A stretch of DNA of 64,000 nt from an uncultured archaeon (lineage in GTDB: Archaea; Altiarchaeota; Altiarchaeia; JAFGQM01), in NCBI GenBank assembly GCA_964592405.1, contig CAZQBY010000001.1:18459-82458 (forward strand). The letters run 5' to 3'. Position 1 is the stretch's first letter; every line of letters starts with the position of its first letter. Below are positions 29,678-37,766 of the stretch, piece after piece. The notes under the pieces were generated by a model. That model did no database searches. It was given only the letters and a program-made list of their open reading frames with translations, and was not told where the DNA came from. The position numbers and the translations under genes are program-made.

Positions 29678-30588
29678 TTCGCACCTTGGTTATTGGCTTT
29701 TGTTGCAATTGTGTTAAAATCAAACTCTCCTTTTACATCCTCACCCAGCGATCGGGCCTCCGACTTGCTCCCACACAACCCAAAGCACACAGGTCCAAAA
29801 GAGGACATCCCTCCACCGGCAGAGTTTTTCTGGAAGAATTGCAGGAGCTTCCGGACATTACCATCATGCAACCCCACCTCAACCTTCTTGAAACCTGTCT
29901 TCTGCAACAGGTTTATCCCCTGCCCAAAGCTCTTGAGATTTCTTTCAACAAGGGCGGGCAGTATCTTCATAAGCACTATCCTGGAAACCTCTGCGACTTC
30001 AGTGCCCTGAATCGGGCAGTGATTTCTGAATATATCCCTCTCTCTTTTTCCGTGTGCACCCTTCCTCTCCGGCCATGCGCATACAATCCACCAAGGAAAG
30101 TCATATCTTGCCAGGACGGGTGGTGGGGGAGCACTTGAAAATCTTGAGGGTTTAAAACCCTTTTCTGCTGCATGGCCCCCATCTAGAATGAAGCCACCGC
30201 TCTCAAATGCTGCCACACCTATGCCAGATGTGCCTCCACGCCCGACCATATATGCCATCTTTCGCACGGGTTTCTTGATGCCATAAACCCTGCATACTCC
30301 TGCAACTATCGCAAGATAGAACTGTGTCTTGGAACCGAATCCCACATGGTTTGGTATGCTCCTCCTGACTCGCACTTTGATTCCATCAACATTCAACTCT
30401 GTGCAGATTTTTTCAGCAATCCTCTTTGCATCCCCTACCAAGCCTTCTATGTGTGTGCTCTTCTCGAAATCAATTTCAAAACAGGGCTCCTCCAAAGCTA
30501 TGCCTATGCCCCCATCTACCCTGCCTAGGCTGCCCTCCAGATCAATCAGCGACAGATGGAGTCTTGAAGGGGTTTTCAGCGTTTCCAT
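29668..30588 (-). CDS. mptG: Beta-ribofuranosylaminobenzene 5'-phosphate synthase
   Basis: TPSRLHLSLIDL, HVGFGSKTQ, GRGGTSGIG, GGFILDGGH, GMSSFGP. Confidence 0.93.
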   Translation of the reverse strand: METLKTPSRLHLSLIDLEGSLGRVDGGIGIALEEPCFEIDFEKSTHIEGLVGDAKRIAEKICTELNVDGIKVRVRRSIPNHVGFGSKTQFYLAIVAGVCRVYGIKKPVRKMAYMVGRGGTSGIGVAAFESGGFILDGGHAAEKGFKPSRFSSAPPPPVLARYDFPWWIVCAWPERKGAHGKRERDIFRNHCPIQGTEVAEVSRIVLMKILPALVERNLKSFGQGINLLQKTGFKKVEVGLHDGNVRKLLQFFQKNSAGGGMSSFGPVCFGLCGSKSEARSLGEDVKGEFDFNTIATKANNQGAKWL

Positions 30589-31070
30589 CTCACATCAGTG
30601 AGCCGGTCATAAATGGAACCCGGTGCCACTTTCTTGATTGTCCTTTTGAAATGCAGATATCTCTTTCTCGCCTCATCGCTCTTCTTCCGCCTGGATCTGT
30701 CCACCAGATATTCAAGAAACAAACCGGGAGCCCGGTTTAGTGGATTACCCTTCCTCACTACATCCAGAGATAGCACCTTGCATACGAACCTCGACGGGTT
30801 TCCAGAGATACTGGCTATCACCTTGAAATCTGCCTTGGCAAAGTAGTCTATTTCCTTTGTCTCTACAAAGTATCTTGGATCATCTACAAAATAGACGGTA
30901 CCAACTCCATTATTTCCGAGGTTGTTATAGGTACTGCTATCCTTGTAAACGTCAACCATGAAGCTCTTGAAATCTTTTGTCCAGATGCCCATAGGTGCGC
31001 GGTGAATTCCACCGGTTTCCATCAGCACCTCATATATCCATTTCTCCCTGAGCCCGATTTTTCTTAACAT
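30576..31070 (-). CDS. DUF447 family protein
   Basis: APMGI, YKDSSTYNNL, PLNRA...LEYLVD.SR. Confidence 0.72.
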   Translation of the reverse strand: MLRKIGLREKWIYEVLMETGGIHRAPMGIWTKDFKSFMVDVYKDSSTYNNLGNNGVGTVYFVDDPRYFVETKEIDYFAKADFKVIASISGNPSRFVCKVLSLDVVRKGNPLNRAPGLFLEYLVDRSRRKKSDEARKRYLHFKRTIKKVAPGSIYDRLTDVRWKR

Positions 31071-32370
31071 AGTTAATCACCATTTTAGCCTTATTGCGCG
31101 CCATCTGGGCAGCCAGTTCTGCTCCCCTGCGCAGGTTTGCATCATGACTAGGTGTGGATTCTCCAATCACCTTTTTGATTGGCGTATATGCGGATTCCCT
31201 GAATCTTGGACTGAATTTTCTCCCGTCCAGCAGTACCTCGCTACCCTTTGTGACGCGTCCGATCTCAGCTGCCTTTATATTTCCATTCTTGAATGCCCTG
31301 AGTATCTGATCCTTGTTCTCTTGGGGGCAGAAGACCACCAGCGAGTCAAGTGAAACCCCCAGATAATCTATCTCCAGCCTGTCCAGAAGTTCCAGCACAT
31401 GCTCATTAATCACACTCCGGATGCCCTTCTCTTCAAGCAATATGCCGACACCAGCAGTTCTGCAGACTTCATTTGTGTCACCCCTGAGTCCGCCGTTGGT
31501 AACATCAAGCATAGCATGCACACAGCTTAATAAATCATTTTTGTGAAGTATATTAACTGCAGTAATGAAATCTATGTTCAGCGTTTCTCTGACATAGTCG
31601 TGGTTACCTGAGTATATTGCTGTGGTCGCTATGGTCCCTCCTCCGGAACCCTGCGTCATCAGGATGGCGTCCCCCTCTCTGACGTCTATGCGTTTTAACA
31701 ACCTGTCGGCAATACCTATACAGGCAACACCGGAGACCATCCTGTCACCTATGACCATATCCCCGCCTATGCGCAGGGTGGAACCTGCTATCAACGGCAC
31801 ATTACTCAATTCCGAAACTGCAGAAATACCTGCAACAAAGTCAAACAGCTTTCCAACATCACCATCATCTGCCAGATGCAGATCATCTATGAGCGCCACT
31901 GGTTTGGCCCCCTTGACCACCACATCCCTTATTGCTGCCCGCGCAACATGGAATCCTGCAATGAAGGGAAAATCTGAGAGACGTGAATGTGTCCCATCAA
32001 TAGATGCGACGATAATCTTGTCTCCCCCATTTACCGCCCCAGCATCATCCTGCTGGTTTGGCGGTATTAATGAGTCTCCACATGCCAGCTCAGCAATCAG
32101 CCTGTGGACAAAAAAATCGCCCTCTCCCCTGCAGCCGACACCCAAATCATGCATGGTGGCGCCTGCAGTGGATGGCTTTAGAATAACTCTCAGCAACGGG
32201 TCTTTGGCATGCCTGCGCGATAACATGACTTCGTCGAGGATAGCCCTGCCCATAGCCCCGGCATCCACTCCCTTCTTCCACGTAAGTATCTCCTCCTTCA
32301 ACCTTTGTAATATCTCCTCCTGCCGAAGATTCCTCTCGAGAAGACGATTTACAAGCCCTTCCAGATCCAC
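31030..32370 (-). CDS. AIR synthase-related protein (methanogen-type PurM-like)
   Basis: GVGCRGEGDFFVH, DGTHSRLSDFPF, GSTLRIGGDMV, DVTNGGLRGD, FRESAYT. Confidence 0.88.
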   Translation of the reverse strand: MDLEGLVNRLLERNLRQEEILQRLKEEILTWKKGVDAGAMGRAILDEVMLSRRHAKDPLLRVILKPSTAGATMHDLGVGCRGEGDFFVHRLIAELACGDSLIPPNQQDDAGAVNGGDKIIVASIDGTHSRLSDFPFIAGFHVARAAIRDVVVKGAKPVALIDDLHLADDGDVGKLFDFVAGISAVSELSNVPLIAGSTLRIGGDMVIGDRMVSGVACIGIADRLLKRIDVREGDAILMTQGSGGGTIATTAIYSGNHDYVRETLNIDFITAVNILHKNDLLSCVHAMLDVTNGGLRGDTNEVCRTAGVGILLEEKGIRSVINEHVLELLDRLEIDYLGVSLDSLVVFCPQENKDQILRAFKNGNIKAAEIGRVTKGSEVLLDGRKFSPRFRESAYTPIKKVIGESTPSHDANLRRGAELAAQMARNKAKMVINYVKKNRAQGEMDI

Positions 32371-32400
32371 GGTTTATTTACCGTTATCATAAAATAAAAG

Positions 32401-33069
32401 GTGGATCTGGACAACTGGATGAAGGAATACAGGCTAATCTGTAGGGATCTTGATATCCTGCCGAAAGACGACTATAGGGCCAGGGATTTTGCTGCCCGCA
32501 TTATTGGCTCCAAAGAGCAGCCTCTGGGCAGACTGGAGGGACTTATTAAGGGCAGGAGCGTCATAATCTTCGGGGCCGGCCCATCCTTGGAAAGTAGTTT
32601 TGGGGAGATAGAGAAAGAGACCAGAACCCTCATAGCTGCAGATGGGGCAGTATCATGTCTGTTGGAGAACGGAACTTATCCGGACATTGTGGTTACAGAT
32701 TTGGATGGTCCGGCTGTTGACCTCCTCCTTGCCGACAGGCTTGGGGCTATCATGGTGGTTCATGCCCATGGCGACAATATACCGCAACTGGGAAGTCTTT
32801 TGCCCGCATTCAGAAATCTGGTAGTTACGACGCAGGTCGAGCCACTGCCAAATGTCCACAACTTCTTTGGATTTACGGACGGAGACAGGGCCGTTTTCCT
32901 AGCCAAGCGCTTCGGTGCATGTAACATAGAGCTCGTGGGTTTCGACTTCGGTGACACTGTGGGTCAATACTCCGACCCCCGGGATCCAACAGTCCACAAG
33001 GCATCTGAGAGGAAGAGAAAGAAACTGCGGATTGCTGAAAGATTGGTGAAGAAGATAATGGCGGATTAA
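32401..33069 (+). CDS. mptE: 6-hydroxymethyl-7,8-dihydropterin pyrophosphokinase (DUF115)
   Basis: GAGPSL, IAADGA, VTDLDG, HAHGDN, GFTDGDRA, GFDF. Confidence 0.92.
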   Translation: MDLDNWMKEYRLICRDLDILPKDDYRARDFAARIIGSKEQPLGRLEGLIKGRSVIIFGAGPSLESSFGEIEKETRTLIAADGAVSCLLENGTYPDIVVTDLDGPAVDLLLADRLGAIMVVHAHGDNIPQLGSLLPAFRNLVVTTQVEPLPNVHNFFGFTDGDRAVFLAKRFGACNIELVGFDFGDTVGQYSDPRDPTVHKASERKRKKLRIAERLVKKIMAD

Positions 33070-33074
33070 GACTT

Positions 33075-33512
33075 CTATTCGAGGAAATGAATCCGCTCTG
33101 GGGCTATTCCCCATTCCCTCTCTATCCTCGCTCTCAGCCCTTCTCTTTTCTCTTGGGGTACGCGAGAAACCTTTGCAACAGCGTCTCTTCCAACCTTCCC
33201 CCTCCTAGTAATCCTACCAGTCCCGGGCTCAAGTAGCCGCCCCACTACAAATATGTGTCCGCCCCCCTTGACCAATAAATGATTCTTCCTCTCGTGCCTG
33301 ATTGTTTCTGGAAGAAGCAAAGCCTTCTCTTCGATGGGTATCCTTCTGGTAACTATTCTATCACCTATCCTATACCTGACAACGTGGTAACCTCTCCGCT
33401 TCACCATCACAGTACTCCCTACGATCCTTCGCTCATGTTGGGATGGTGCCCTATGCTCTATCATCAGATATGCGGCGGGCACACTTGTGGGTCTTGCTCT
33501 TCTTCGTGCCAT
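33075..33512 (-). CDS. Hypothetical Arg-rich protein
   Basis: 145-aa ORF downstream of paralog triplet; MARRRARP start. Confidence 0.65.
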   Translation of the reverse strand: MARRRARPTSVPAAYLMIEHRAPSQHERRIVGSTVMVKRRGYHVVRYRIGDRIVTRRIPIEEKALLLPETIRHERKNHLLVKGGGHIFVVGRLLEPGTGRITRRGKVGRDAVAKVSRVPQEKREGLRARIEREWGIAPERIHFLE

Positions 33513-33521
33513 TTTTGATAC

Positions 33522-34055
33522 CTACTCATACATGTATGATTTTAGGTCCCCCATGACATCTGGCATTCTCTTGGGGATGACTCCTGCCGGCAGAGTGAAC
33601 TCACTGTCCGGTATGTCAGCGGTTTCTCGGCATTCTATATTGAGTCCGGCCTGCGGATTGGCCAGATTCTCCACAAGGTTTTTGGGTGTGGGTATGCCGA
33701 TACCCATGACATCTTCTGAATATACATACCACTCGTCGAACATGGGGAGATATACATATCCTACCCTGCTGTTGGTTATATAGGTAAAGTCCAAGCTCTT
33801 CAGTCTGCCATCCATTCTGGCATTTGGAGACTTGACCTTCACCTTGGCTGTTATAGCGCCGCCTGGCGGCTCAACATCATTGAAGAGGTTAATGGCAGCC
33901 AGATTTATGGTGAGATCGCACTCCACAGACTCTCCAGAGGAGATCGCTTTGATTATCTCTGACTGCCCACTACCTAACAGGACATTTCCGCCCATTAGGA
34001 GCAAAGCAATAACAATAACTATCAGCAGCACCACGATTGCTGCCCTGCCAGACAT
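33522..34055 (-). CDS. Membrane-anchored extracellular protein, paralog 3 of tandem triplet
   Basis: N-terminal TM, two Cys, DIPDSEFTLPAGV motif. Confidence 0.82.
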   Translation of the reverse strand: MSGRAAIVVLLIVIVIALLLMGGNVLLGSGQSEIIKAISSGESVECDLTINLAAINLFNDVEPPGGAITAKVKVKSPNARMDGRLKSLDFTYITNSRVGYVYLPMFDEWYVYSEDVMGIGIPTPKNLVENLANPQAGLNIECRETADIPDSEFTLPAGVIPKRMPDVMGDLKSYMYE

Positions 34056-34200
34056 TTTGCACCTGTTCTATAAAGGAAGCGATAATAAAAAGCAATCCCA
34101 CATCTACTCAAGTATGCTTGGGTCAACCAGTCCGGCGATTTCATCAAAGCTCTTTATCACGACCCCTGCCGGCAGAGTGAACTCACTGTCCGGTATGTCA
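33583..34200. repeat. Identical 36-bp tract at 33583-33618 and 34165-34200
   Basis: CCTGCCGGCAGAGTGAACTCACTGTCCGGTATGTCA in two paralogs. Confidence 0.9.
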
Positions 34201-34661
34201 TCGGTGATCTGGCAGTCCAGTACAATTCCCTCACGGAGGCTGTTCATCCTTTTCCTGATCTCGTCAGGCCTTGCAAGCGCTTTCTCGCTCAGGTTGGCTG
34301 GCACTTTATACCAACTCTCTCCCAATACAGGGCTGTTTATATAAACAGCTGAGCCGTCCGATATCATTGTGAAAGGGAAGCCTCCCGAGCGGCCCTCTAC
34401 CCTGAACCTTGTCCCCTCTATGCTCACATTGGAGCTTGCTTTTATGCCCTGCACATCCGGATTATCAGAAAGCATACCAAGGTCAACTGTCAACACACAT
34501 GACACCGGCCTGCCTTCTGAGATCGCAGTCGCGATATCCCCCTCCGGGACAGTTATCTGGGTTGGTTCATTATTCCTTAACACAAAATCACTTAACAGAA
34601 AAAACAAAACAAGGGCTATTATAACTACCAGGATTATTGCAGTTATCGCCTTCCTGCCCAT
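34104..34661 (-). CDS. Membrane-anchored extracellular protein, paralog 2
   Basis: N-terminal TM, two Cys, DIPDSEFTLPAGV. Confidence 0.82.
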   Translation of the reverse strand: MGRKAITAIILVVIIALVLFFLLSDFVLRNNEPTQITVPEGDIATAISEGRPVSCVLTVDLGMLSDNPDVQGIKASSNVSIEGTRFRVEGRSGGFPFTMISDGSAVYINSPVLGESWYKVPANLSEKALARPDEIRKRMNSLREGIVLDCQITDDIPDSEFTLPAGVVIKSFDEIAGLVDPSILE

Positions 34662-34740
34662 CTTTTGTAAGAAGATAAAAAAGACAAAAAAGAAAAAAGA
34701 AAAATAAAGGCCCTTTGAGGGCCCCCATCACATCATCTCA

Positions 34741-35388
34741 TCATTGATACATCTCTGGATTATAGCCACCCATAAGCTCAGAGAAATCCTTTGGAACCAC
34801 TCCCGGCGGTAGCTGGAACTCACTGTCTGGTATATCGCCTGTAACCTGGCAGTCCAGGGTTGTCCCTTCTGGCAGATTCTGGAGCCCCTCTCTTATCTCA
34901 TCCGGCATCGGGATATCAATAGTTGCGGTCTCAGGAGTCATTATATACCAATCAGATCCCATCGCGGGCATCTGCATATAGACATTTGTTCCATCTGTTA
35001 TTACTGTAAACTCCATCCCCATCGTGGAACTCTCCGCTCTCATCTTCGGAGCCTCTATCTTCATATCTATGGTCGTTGTTGTGCCTGCTAGGTTTGGATC
35101 TCCGGACGCCACACCCATATCAATAGTCATCGTGCATAGGACTGGCATCCCTGCAGAGAGCGCTGCAGCCACGTCATTGCCTATTGGGGTACTGGGCTGT
35201 TCGGCACTAGACGGCCCGGTGCTAGGTGATTCTGTAGTCGGTTTTGGGCTTGCGCCCTCCGGGGCTGCTCCCGGGTAGGCTGGAAGGGTCTGCCGTCCAC
35301 CACCACCCATGAGCAGGGCAGCAGCCACGATTACGATAACAACAACTGCCAAAACAACCACCAATATAATTGTCTGATTTTTCTCCAT
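34741..35388 (-). CDS. Membrane-anchored extracellular protein, paralog 1 (P/S/T linker)
   Basis: N-terminal TM, PST-rich linker, DIPDSEFQLPPGV. Confidence 0.82.
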   Translation of the reverse strand: MEKNQTIILVVVLAVVVIVIVAAALLMGGGGRQTLPAYPGAAPEGASPKPTTESPSTGPSSAEQPSTPIGNDVAAALSAGMPVLCTMTIDMGVASGDPNLAGTTTTIDMKIEAPKMRAESSTMGMEFTVITDGTNVYMQMPAMGSDWYIMTPETATIDIPMPDEIREGLQNLPEGTTLDCQVTGDIPDSEFQLPPGVVPKDFSELMGGYNPEMYQ

Positions 35389-35452
35389 TTTAAATCCCGT
35401 TTTGTGGTCTCTCTAACTGAAGGTTTAATAAAAATACCTCTCTAACATAGTC

Positions 35453-36643
35453 ATGCAGATCGGCATTGTGGGGGCGCCAAACCAGGGCAAGAGTACTCTT
35501 TTCAACGCACTTACGCAGGCCGGAGCGGAGACTGCCCCCTATCCTTTCACAACCATAAAGGCCAATCAGGGGGTTGGTTTCCTGAGGGTCAGGTGTCCTT
35601 GTGTGGACTTTGGAGTAAAATGTAATCCCAAGCATGGATACTGCAGGGCAGGAGAGCGTTTTGTCCCGGTGACACTGCTTGATGTTGCAGGCCTTGTTCC
35701 TGGCGCCCACAAGGGCAGGGGTCTTGGCAACCAGTTCTTGGACAATCTACGCCAAGCTTCAGCCCTTATCCACGTGGTGGATGTTAGCGGGTCTACGAAC
35801 TCACATGGCGAGAAGGTTGCCAGAGGCAGTTATGATCCTGCAGAGACCATCAGGTTCTTGGAGGAGGAGATAGATCTCTGGTTTTTCGGCATCCTTGAGA
35901 AGAACTGGGATAAATTTTCCCGTAAGGTGAAACAAGAGAACAAAAAACTGACTGAACAAATTGCCATCCAGTTTACAGGCTTGGGAGTCAAAGAAGCACA
36001 AGTGGAAAGGGCTCTTCACGAGACCAGGCTTCCGGATGACCCAACAATATGGGGCAAGAGCGATCTTATCGGATTTGCGACACGATTGCGGGAGATAAGC
36101 AAGCCCATGCTCATAGCAGCCAACAAGATAGATATAGAGGGTGCGCAGGAAAATTATGAGCGGCTTACTATGGAATTTCCCAACTATCAGATAATTCCGG
36201 TCTCGGCTGAAAGCGAGCTGGCCCTGCGGAATGCAGCCAAGGCGGGAATAATAGATTATATTCCAGGAGACCTCCGATTCAGAATAAATGACAAGTCCGG
36301 GCTTGACGAGAAGCAAAGGCATGGTCTAGACTTTCTTAAGCACTTTCTTGAGATTCACAAAAAAACAGGTGTTCAGGAGGTCCTAAATATGGCAGTCTTT
36401 GATCTGCTGAAATATATAGTAGTCTACCCGGTAGGGCAAAAACTGGCTGACAAGGATGGCAACATACTCCCGGATGCCTATCTCATGCCTCCGGATACCA
36501 CTGCCTTGGATTTCGCCTACACTCTTCATACAGAATTCGGAGACAATTTTGTCGCTGCAATCGACATGCGAACCAAGAACAAGGTAGGCAAGGATCATGT
36601 TTTGAAGGATGGCGATGTCATAGAGCTCATCTGTGGCAGATGA
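35453..36643 (+). CDS. ychF: YchF/Obg-like translation-associated NTPase
   Basis: GAPNQGKST, YPFTTI, DVAGLV, GLGNQFL, NKID, C-terminal TGS domain. Confidence 0.93.
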   Translation: MQIGIVGAPNQGKSTLFNALTQAGAETAPYPFTTIKANQGVGFLRVRCPCVDFGVKCNPKHGYCRAGERFVPVTLLDVAGLVPGAHKGRGLGNQFLDNLRQASALIHVVDVSGSTNSHGEKVARGSYDPAETIRFLEEEIDLWFFGILEKNWDKFSRKVKQENKKLTEQIAIQFTGLGVKEAQVERALHETRLPDDPTIWGKSDLIGFATRLREISKPMLIAANKIDIEGAQENYERLTMEFPNYQIIPVSAESELALRNAAKAGIIDYIPGDLRFRINDKSGLDEKQRHGLDFLKHFLEIHKKTGVQEVLNMAVFDLLKYIVVYPVGQKLADKDGNILPDAYLMPPDTTALDFAYTLHTEFGDNFVAAIDMRTKNKVGKDHVLKDGDVIELICGR

Positions 36644-36670
36644 CTGCCGTAATATGGGTACTAACCCCGG

Positions 36671-36743
36671 TTGATTTGGGTTGATTTGAATTGATTTATA
36701 CGATCTATGTACGATTTAAATAGTTATACCACTAAAGTATAAC
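36671..36743 (+). promoter_or_regulatory. VapBC promoter/operator region
   Basis: TTGATTT x3 at 10-bp period, TTTAAATA at 36715, inverted repeat GTTATAC-N7-GTATAAC abutting ATG. Confidence 0.65.
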
Positions 36744-37022
36744 ATGGGGTTTGTAACCGTGAATTCCAAGAGCTTGGTAGTTATACCCAAGTCTGTCCGG
36801 GAGCAGTGTGGCATCACTCCCGGTGAAAAGCTCAAGGTATCCTACGATGCGGAGCAGAATGCCATAATCATGCGCAAGATAGATGACATTAGGGATCTCA
36901 GCGAGGCAATTTGCGGAATATGGGCCGACAACAAATTCAAACTTGAGGAGGTAAGGGAAACTGCAGATGAACGACTTGAGAAACTACTTAAAAACAAGCT
37001 TCAACAAAAGCGTTTTGTTTGA
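36744..37022 (+). CDS. AbrB/MazE-type antitoxin
   Basis: VTVNSK..VVIPKSVREQCGITPGEKL; upstream of PIN gene. Confidence 0.88.
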   Translation: MGFVTVNSKSLVVIPKSVREQCGITPGEKLKVSYDAEQNAIIMRKIDDIRDLSEAICGIWADNKFKLEEVRETADERLEKLLKNKLQQKRFV

Positions 37023-37386
37023 CACGGGCCTGATTGTCGATTTCCTGGTCGGGGATCCGAAGACCCGGCTCTTCTTCGAGGACTTTGTTTTTTCTGGTCA
37101 TCTGACACCAGTCATATCGGCCCAGACTGTCTGTGAGCTGTTCGCGGCCGCGCGCAATACCAAGGAGGAAAGCCACCTAAATTACTGGCTCACCAATGTT
37201 TTTGATGTGGTTGAAATCACATATGAGATAGGCAAGCGGGCAGGCCTGATGAAGAGGAACAGCGGGATCTATCTGGGAGATGCCATAATAGCTTCGACTT
37301 CCATACTGCTTGGCATTCCACTGGTCACCACAAGACCGGAGCTCTATCGCAAGACAGACATCAGAATATTCAGGCCTTACTCTTAG
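36967..37386 (+). CDS. PIN-domain (VapC-type) toxin
   Basis: LFDTG, TVCEL, GDAIIAST, PLVT. Confidence 0.88.
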   Translation: MNDLRNYLKTSFNKSVLFDTGLIVDFLVGDPKTRLFFEDFVFSGHLTPVISAQTVCELFAAARNTKEESHLNYWLTNVFDVVEITYEIGKRAGLMKRNSGIYLGDAIIASTSILLGIPLVTTRPELYRKTDIRIFRPYS

Positions 37387-37439
37387 TTTTTTCCCAAGAG
37401 TTGCTTTTTAAGCCTTGCGCATTAATTAATCAACCCAAA

Positions 37440-37766
37440 ATGGCACTCGAGCAGATATGGGAAATTATAGTCTGGATAGTCCAGTTTGCTATAATACTCT
37501 TCCCGCTTGTTTATCTCCTTGACCTCATACGAAGCAGGATAGAAACAAAAACCATGCTACATAAGGTCATGCTCATATTCTTCATGAGCCTCCTGCTCTC
37601 ACTGGCCGTTTATCCGTTCATTGCTATGTTGGGAGAGTACATCCTTCTCTTGGAATACAACCTTGACATCAGCCTGACGCTCTTTGACTCAGACATCGGG
37701 ACATATCTTGTGGTCCTGCTGTTTGTCTTTATAATTTATCTCATCGTTTTCAACAAGACAAAGTGA
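37440..37766 (+). CDS. Hypothetical 3-TM membrane protein
   Basis: Three hydrophobic helices; stop overlaps start of giant gene. Confidence 0.72.
   Translation: MALEQIWEIIVWIVQFAIILFPLVYLLDLIRSRIETKTMLHKVMLIFFMSLLLSLAVYPFIAMLGEYILLLEYNLDISLTLFDSDIGTYLVVLLFVFIIYLIVFNKTK

Noticed and set aside
36671-36700. Short tandem repeats as a CRISPR array
   Set aside because: 7-bp units with 3-bp spacers; no cas genes or true array seen in the window.
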